A DNA stretch of 64,000 nucleotides from Ignavibacteriales bacterium (GTDB lineage Bacteria; Bacteroidota; Ignavibacteria; UBA10030). The notes beneath the pieces are model-generated. The model did not search any database and was not told where the DNA came from. It saw nothing but the letters and a program-made list of their open reading frames with translations. The position numbers and the translations under genes are program-made. Positions 59,208 to 64,000 of the stretch are shown one piece after another; position 1 is the stretch's first letter, and each line of letters starts with the position of its first letter. Where the stretch lies: positions 157-64,156 of the forward strand of contig JACPLA010000100.1 of NCBI GenBank assembly GCA_016186715.1, given 5' to 3'.

Positions 59208-60090
59208 GGAACGGTATGGTGACAAGAACTTTGTTCCCGCTATTGAAATATTGCAAGTCGAGAAACGCACGTGCCATGGCAATCCCGCGGCCATGGTTAT
59301 CGAGGAGGCGATTTTCGTCAAGGTCCAGATACTTCGCAAAATCAAAACCTCTTCCCTCATCCTCAATCAGAACCGTCATCCTATCGTCATAACGCTTCAG
59401 ATTAACATCGACAAACTTTGCTTTGTTCTCCTCGAACTCCAGTCTTCTCTGAATCTCCGCCAGCCAGGTCCCTTCTTCCATCAGCCTCCCTTTTTCCCGG
59501 TACGTAATCCCCAGATTCCCATGCTCGATGGCGTTTGTGATCATTTCCATGACCAGGGCGGCCCGCTCGGGTACGGGGCAAGCATTGGCAATCCGGACGG
59601 CGAGGAATTCTCCTTCTCCTAATGTGCGGAAGCGAAAGGAGCCCTCCGTCAAAAAACGGAAAGGGTTTTCGCTCTCCTTGATTTTTTTCAGGAGCTGCTG
59701 TTTTTCCGAATAATCCTGAACAGCTGCCCGGACAAGGGAATGAATAACCTCCCGCGTTGCAGGCTTTGGGAGGTAGTAGTATGCCCCGGCATCGATCCCC
59801 TCCTTCATCTGCTCAGAGCTGGTCAGAACCGTGTGCAGGATGACCGGAATATATTCGAACGTTGCCTGCTCTTTCGCCCAGCGGAGAAACTCGATTCCGG
59901 ACATCCTTGGCATCGTCCAGTCCAAAATGATCGCCGAAATCCGTTTTCCGTCCCTCTCCATGACCTGCTGCGCATCCACGCCGTCCTTCGCCATCAGCAA
60001 ATCATATCCCTCTTCTTTTAGGATAACCTCTAGCATCGTTCGGAGACTGACATCGTCATCGACGATGAGGATGGTGGAATTGGCTGGCAC
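59197..60090 (-). CDS. Response regulator receiver domain fused to a GHKL/HATPase_c-like domain
   Basis: REC domain (ILIVDDDVSLRTMLE, the phospho-acceptor D in ILDWTMP, K in YYLPKP). The C-terminus has N/G1-box-like MITNAIEHG and G2-like DEGRGF. Confidence 0.7.
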   Translation of the reverse strand: MPANSTILIVDDDVSLRTMLEVILKEEGYDLLMAKDGVDAQQVMERDGKRISAIILDWTMPRMSGIEFLRWAKEQATFEYIPVILHTVLTSSEQMKEGIDAGAYYYLPKPATREVIHSLVRAAVQDYSEKQQLLKKIKESENPFRFLTEGSFRFRTLGEGEFLAVRIANACPVPERAALVMEMITNAIEHGNLGITYREKGRLMEEGTWLAEIQRRLEFEENKAKFVDVNLKRYDDRMTVLIEDEGRGFDFAKYLDLDENRLLDNHGRGIAMARAFLDLQYFNSGNKVLVTIPFHES

Positions 60091-60145
60091 GTTTTGGACG
60101 TGAGAAGTGAGATGTGAAAAGTGAGAGGTACAGACAATATGGAAA

Positions 60146-61594
60146 CTACTTCTTCGGAAAAAGAAAATTTTCGCCCACTTTCACTTTTGTCACTTTGTTA
60201 TCGGAACTCATTTCGAAGATGACGAGCTCTCCGTCCCCGTTCTCGCCTATCATGCGGAACGTATTGGGGGCTTCCTGCGTCAGGTCCACAAGGTTTCCCC
60301 TGGGATTCCCCTCGGGTGGATAACTGTAGTCGTACATCATGAGTTTGCCATTCATCAGCAGAATGTCTGTTTCGAAAGACCAGGCGTCAACGTATTTTCC
60401 TGTATACTTGATCCACGACGGGTCGGGGATGAAAATATCAATTGACGTTGCCGTGGCTCTTCGCAGGGAAGGAAGCATCATACTCAGGATCCGTTCTGTA
60501 AAATATCCGGGATCACCGTCGTCGCCGTTGGTCAGGACAATCAAGGCAATCTTGTCGTCCGGCAGCAATGAAAACTGCGACCGATATCCCGAAATCCATC
60601 CCGAATGACCCACCACAGTTTTTTCCTCCTGCCTCCAGACCGCAAATCCGATCCCCCAGGCGCTCTTCCAGTTTGGGTTGAGCCACTGCACACGCTGCAT
60701 TTCCTTGACAGTGCTCCCTTTCAGGATCTGAGAGCCAAACACGACATGACCCTCTCTAAACTGGAGCGAGGCGAATTTTGCGAGGTCTTCGACCGTTGAC
60801 GTCATGTTAGCCGCCGCCGCAAGACCTTTTGCGTTGGTGAAATCGACTTCCTTTCGGGATCCGTCTTCGAGCCGCCGACCATATCCCGTCGCAAGCCGAC
60901 GCCGGTGAACATCCTGAAAAAACACGGTCGTGCTGTTCATTCCAAGGGGTTCCAGGATATTCCTGGTTACGTAATCTGCATACGGAATTCCGGAGACTTC
61001 GGCGACAATCTCGCCGGCGAGGGCATAGGCAAGATTGGAGTATTTCATCCGCGTCTCGGTCGGAAACAAAGTCTCCTGCTGCGCCATCGCGGCGATCATC
61101 TCGTTGCGTGTCGGAAACTTGTTATCGGTCCAATAGGGGAATGCGGCTTCCCGCGGAAGCCCCGATGTGTGCGTCAGCAAATGCCAGACCGTGACGGTCG
61201 GCGCGTTGGGATAGCGATTCTTAATCCGAAACCATTTGAGATGCTTTTCGATCGGATCGTCCAGCTGGAGCTTCCCTTGATCCCGCAGCTGCATAATAGC
61301 CATGGCCGTAAAGGTCTTCGTGATGGAAGCAATCCGAAACATTATTTGAGGAGTCACAGGGATTTCATCGTCGACATCGGCAAACCCGAACCCCTTGGCG
61401 TACACAAGGTCCTGGTCATACACGATCCCTATGCATATCCCGGGCAGTTGTCGGTACTGCATTTGAGCCTCAACCCATCGCTCCATCAGCTTCAGGCTGG
61501 AGCCGACTTCGGGAACTTCAGCGATTTTGTGTGTCTGTGCGTGAATGACGACAGGAAGGATCAGGCTCCACACGAGGGACCACAACCGTTTCAT
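60146..61594 (-). CDS. Serine hydrolase, class C beta-lactamase/penicillin-binding-protein family
   Basis: Signal peptide MKRLWSLVWSLILPVVIHAQ. SxxK motif FRIASITKTF, a YxN-like YSN and HSG. I trimmed the track ORF by 29 aa; the start ATG position is uncertain by 1 nt in my manual indexing. Confidence 0.8.
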   Translation of the reverse strand: MKRLWSLVWSLILPVVIHAQTHKIAEVPEVGSSLKLMERWVEAQMQYRQLPGICIGIVYDQDLVYAKGFGFADVDDEIPVTPQIMFRIASITKTFTAMAIMQLRDQGKLQLDDPIEKHLKWFRIKNRYPNAPTVTVWHLLTHTSGLPREAAFPYWTDNKFPTRNEMIAAMAQQETLFPTETRMKYSNLAYALAGEIVAEVSGIPYADYVTRNILEPLGMNSTTVFFQDVHRRRLATGYGRRLEDGSRKEVDFTNAKGLAAAANMTSTVEDLAKFASLQFREGHVVFGSQILKGSTVKEMQRVQWLNPNWKSAWGIGFAVWRQEEKTVVGHSGWISGYRSQFSLLPDDKIALIVLTNGDDGDPGYFTERILSMMLPSLRRATATSIDIFIPDPSWIKYTGKYVDAWSFETDILLMNGKLMMYDYSYPPEGNPRGNLVDLTQEAPNTFRMIGENGDGELVIFEMSSDNKVTKVKVGENFLFPKK

Positions 61595-61932
61595 GGCTTT
61601 ACACTCCTCATTCAGAAAAAGACTACAGAAGTCTGCGCAACTTATGGAATACGTGGAGGAAAAGCAAGAAAAGAGTGACAAGATGCAGAAGGAAGAACGT
61701 TGTCAGAAGGTCCGGGAAAGAACGACCCCAAAAAAAGAACAACTTGTCGGGTGGATCGTGTACCTCGGGATCAATGTGTTTGAACGTGCGCCAGACCAAC
61801 GTTCTCTCCGGTTGACTGTGCACATGCAGTCCTCCGTGCGGCCCTTTCATGAATTTGCGCTCTTAACATCAAGCTAAGGAAGATGCCGCAACCTGATGAA
61901 CGGAAGTCTCCGGCCGCGAAACCCACGGTTGA

Positions 61933-62628
61933 CTACAGAGCCAATCCCAACGTGATCACAAATGCACCAAAGGCCGGGCCGGTGTCGCTCACCTCACCGG
62001 CGGGATCCCAATCGCTCGCCGCGCCTCCGGCAACCAGGAACCGGTACTCAGGCGACACCACAACCGACGCAAACTGGAGTTGCGCGCCAATGCCGAGGGA
62101 AAATGCGAAAATGTTTTCATCCCATGGCGAGCTATAAGAATACTCCGCCCGGTTGGCGAACTGGTCGCCCACGCCTTCTCCGTTCGAGTTCAGCAGGGAG
62201 TAATGAAACGCGGGCGCAAGGTAAGGCGTAAGCCCGAAGGTTGGAAGCGGCAGGGGATATGTGAGCTTAAGACCGGCAGCAGCGCCGAATGACGGACCTC
62301 CCGAGGAGATCGTTTCACCAAGAGGCAGCCAATCCTCTTTCGTATCTCCGCCAAGACCGACATGAACTTCTCCTCTGATGCCGAGGCCGATCGGTCCCAG
62401 GGAGACGATCGACGTTTCATAAAAAAGGATCGCCTGTGTCCGACCGAAAACATGTATGGGATATGTTTCCCTCAGTCCGGCGGAGGCGCTGGAATTGTAG
62501 CGATACCAATTTGTCGTAAACGTGTAGAATCCTATTCCTCCCCCCACCGACGATTGCCGGGCCAAAAGGTCTGCCGGAACCAGCATTCCAACAATCAGGA
62601 ATGAGGTCGCAACAATGGTTGATTTCAT
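61933..62628 (-). CDS. Outer-membrane beta-barrel hypothetical protein
   Basis: Signal peptide MKSTIVATSFLIVGMLVPADLLA, with a perfect RBS AAGGAGG 6 nt upstream of the ATG at 62626-62628. Gly-rich amphipathic strands follow. Confidence 0.6.
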   Translation of the reverse strand: MKSTIVATSFLIVGMLVPADLLARQSSVGGGIGFYTFTTNWYRYNSSASAGLRETYPIHVFGRTQAILFYETSIVSLGPIGLGIRGEVHVGLGGDTKEDWLPLGETISSGGPSFGAAAGLKLTYPLPLPTFGLTPYLAPAFHYSLLNSNGEGVGDQFANRAEYSYSSPWDENIFAFSLGIGAQLQFASVVVSPEYRFLVAGGAASDWDPAGEVSDTGPAFGAFVITLGLAL

Positions 62629-62687
62629 TGGATCCTCCTTCGTTGGATGATTCGTACCAATCATTGTTCGGTTTGGTCCGGATGAGT

Positions 62688-62897
62688 CTATCGCACTTCA
62701 CCCGCCTTCCCTATCTTTTCAAATGTGTGCAGAACTCTCGTCACCCCATGCTTGAGCATGGAAACGACGGCAACATCACCATCAAGCTCTGTGAGCTTCT
62801 CCTGCGCAACCTTTTTTGCCTCCTCTTCGCTCTCGAGAATCGCGTGGTATAGATTCGTTGGAACGTCTAGTGTTCTTGTGACCAGCACTCGGTACAT
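62688..62897 (-). CDS. Small hypothetical protein (69 aa)
   Basis: Isolated ORF with no overlapping larger ORF. No recognisable family. Confidence 0.3.
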   Translation of the reverse strand: MYRVLVTRTLDVPTNLYHAILESEEEAKKVAQEKLTELDGDVAVVSMLKHGVTRVLHTFEKIGKAGEVR

Positions 62898-62951
62898 CAT
62901 GGGTCTCTTTCAGTTAAAATATTCTGATACCTTAACAGTCGTGCACCCGGA

Positions 62952-63584
62952 TTATTCGAATCTCTGTGTCTTCCATTTTCTCGCCTTCCTGCTGTCCGTT
63001 TCCCAATTCAGGGGATTGTCGATAATGTATTGGCGGATTCTGTCTAGTTCACCCTCGTCGCGGATTATCCGATCATGGAACCGTTCCTGCCATTGGAAAT
63101 CGGCAAATCCTTCATCGTGGATTCGGCTGGTGCATTTGGATTTGAACTGCCCTAGGATAGAACCCAGGGAATTTGGTTTTAATTTGGGTTTTGGTTTTCC
63201 CGCAGGTGTCATACCCGTAGAGACGACCGGATCGGTCGTCTCTACGATGGGAACAACAAATGATTTTTCCCAATCCACAAATGGTATTTGACCTGACGAT
63301 GCCGCGGATTTGGATTCGTGGATCATGATTATTCCGTGCATATGATTCGGCATCACGCGCCATTCATCCAACGTAACCGTCGGCCGAATCGTCGGCGTCT
63401 TCAGCCATTCCTCTGCAACAATTTCCCCGATCTGTGACAGTTTCATTTGTCCGTTTGCAACATCACCAAACCACCAAATCATCCCTTCCGTGTCAATCGT
63501 TACAAAGTACGATCCGGGCGATGAATAGTCGAATCCTTTCAACCGCGCGGATTCAATCCGGTACTTCCCCTGAAATAGCGCCAT
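62952..63584 (-). CDS. REP-associated tyrosine transposase (RAYT; IS200/IS605 TnpA-like Y1 HUH transposase)
   Basis: HUH motif MPNHMHGII. A catalytic Tyr-containing C-terminal helix (RFHDRIIRDEGELDRIRQYIIDNP). Start at the ATG at 63582-63584. Confidence 0.75.
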   Translation of the reverse strand: MALFQGKYRIESARLKGFDYSSPGSYFVTIDTEGMIWWFGDVANGQMKLSQIGEIVAEEWLKTPTIRPTVTLDEWRVMPNHMHGIIMIHESKSAASSGQIPFVDWEKSFVVPIVETTDPVVSTGMTPAGKPKPKLKPNSLGSILGQFKSKCTSRIHDEGFADFQWQERFHDRIIRDEGELDRIRQYIIDNPLNWETDSRKARKWKTQRFE

Positions 63585-63996
63585 GGTGTCCCCCATTCGA
63601 ATGTTCCTGTGTTGCCTCGTACAAGATCTCAGCGATATCCTTGACCTCAACTTGTTCCTGCGCTTCTTTTGCCTTTACCCCGTCGGTCATCATGGTCATG
63701 CAGAAGGGGCATGCGGTCCCGATGACACCGGCCTTCGTCTCCAACGCTTCCTCAGTCCTTTCGATATTCACACGTTTCCCTTCCGTTTCCTCCATCCACA
63801 TGCGTCCCCCTCCGGCTCCGCAGCAAAAACCACGGGTTCGCGTCCGTTTCATCTCCACCAGCTCAACACCGGGGACTGACTTCAATGCTTCCCTTGGGGA
63901 ATCATACACATCGTTATACCGGCCGAGATAACAGGGATCATGATACGTAATCCTCGCCTTCTGGCCCTGAGAAACCCTGATCCTCCCTTCGTCCAC
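63553..63996 (-). CDS. (Fe-S)-binding oxidoreductase, CCG-domain C-terminus (GlcF/GlpC/LutA-like); 5' end beyond window
   Basis: Cysteine-rich CCG motifs HDPCYLGR and GFCCGAGGG...CPFC. The ORF reaches the window end at 63996, so the N-terminus is likely missing. Confidence 0.55.
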   Translation of the reverse strand: MDEGRIRVSQGQKARITYHDPCYLGRYNDVYDSPREALKSVPGVELVEMKRTRTRGFCCGAGGGRMWMEETEGKRVNIERTEEALETKAGVIGTACPFCMTMMTDGVKAKEAQEQVEVKDIAEILYEATQEHSNGGHHGAISGEVPD

Positions 63997-64000
63997 AAGC

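Noticed and set aside
1-64000. CRISPR arrays, rRNA genes, prophage or integron signatures
   Set aside because: There are no regularly spaced identical direct repeats with unique spacers. There are no rRNA-like conserved blocks. No integrase, phage structural or attC-like features were seen. The only mobile-element gene is the single RAYT transposase.

Overview
This 64 kb window is a dense, GC-rich (~58%) bacterial chromosomal segment with about 55 protein-coding genes and no rRNA, tRNA or CRISPR that I could find. Several features point to a Bacteroidota-like (FCB-group) organism: a C25-family PorU sortase next to a PorV barrel, cargo proteins with T9SS C-terminal domains, and TolC/HlyD/FtsX efflux. 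The exact taxon cannot be read from the sequence. Most annotations rest on recognisable protein families read from the ORF translations; coordinates were refined by locating start codons in the nucleotide sequence, and they assume the ORF track allows TTG/GTG starts, which I verified at 4396.

Housekeeping content, left to right:
- a MacAB-TolC-like efflux operon
- cca, a Gfo/Idh/MocA oxidoreductase, a HAD hydrolase, class I fructose-bisphosphate aldolase
- rlmI, uvrA
- glgA, gmhB, rpiB, glyA, tatC, a polyprenyl synthase
- ilvE, a DUF47-PiT phosphate transporter pair, GTP-PEPCK, purE-purK, larB, tsaC/sua5
- paaABCD, a TauE exporter, a class C serine hydrolase, and a RAYT (IS200-like) transposase

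The most striking region is a co-directional ~13 kb operon at 18336..31266 on the minus strand. It starts with the T9SS sortase PorU and the outer-membrane shuttle PorV. Four tightly packed genes follow:
- an M6/InhA-like protein whose HExxH is replaced by AASFGS, a predicted inactive pseudo-peptidase, with FG-GAP repeats and a T9SS C-terminal domain
- a small lipoprotein
- a 1030-aa secreted protein combining an HExxH zincin-like domain, a TolB-like beta-propeller and a C-terminal Omp85-like beta-barrel
- a small secreted protein

This looks like an uncharacterised T9SS attachment or processing module. A second T9SS-like pair, a lipoprotein and a PorV/PorQ-like barrel with an overlapping stop/start (coupling), plus a TPR protein sits at 33630..37436.

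Other notable features:
- a candidate bacterial ceramide or sulfonolipid cluster: alpha-oxoamine synthase, a GNAT N-acyltransferase and a divergent SDR reductase with a start-codon anomaly
- a paaABCD cluster with no paaE in the window
- REP-like hairpin repeats at 11.9 kb and 57.4 to 57.9 kb
- a 5x heptamer tandem repeat at 18241..18275
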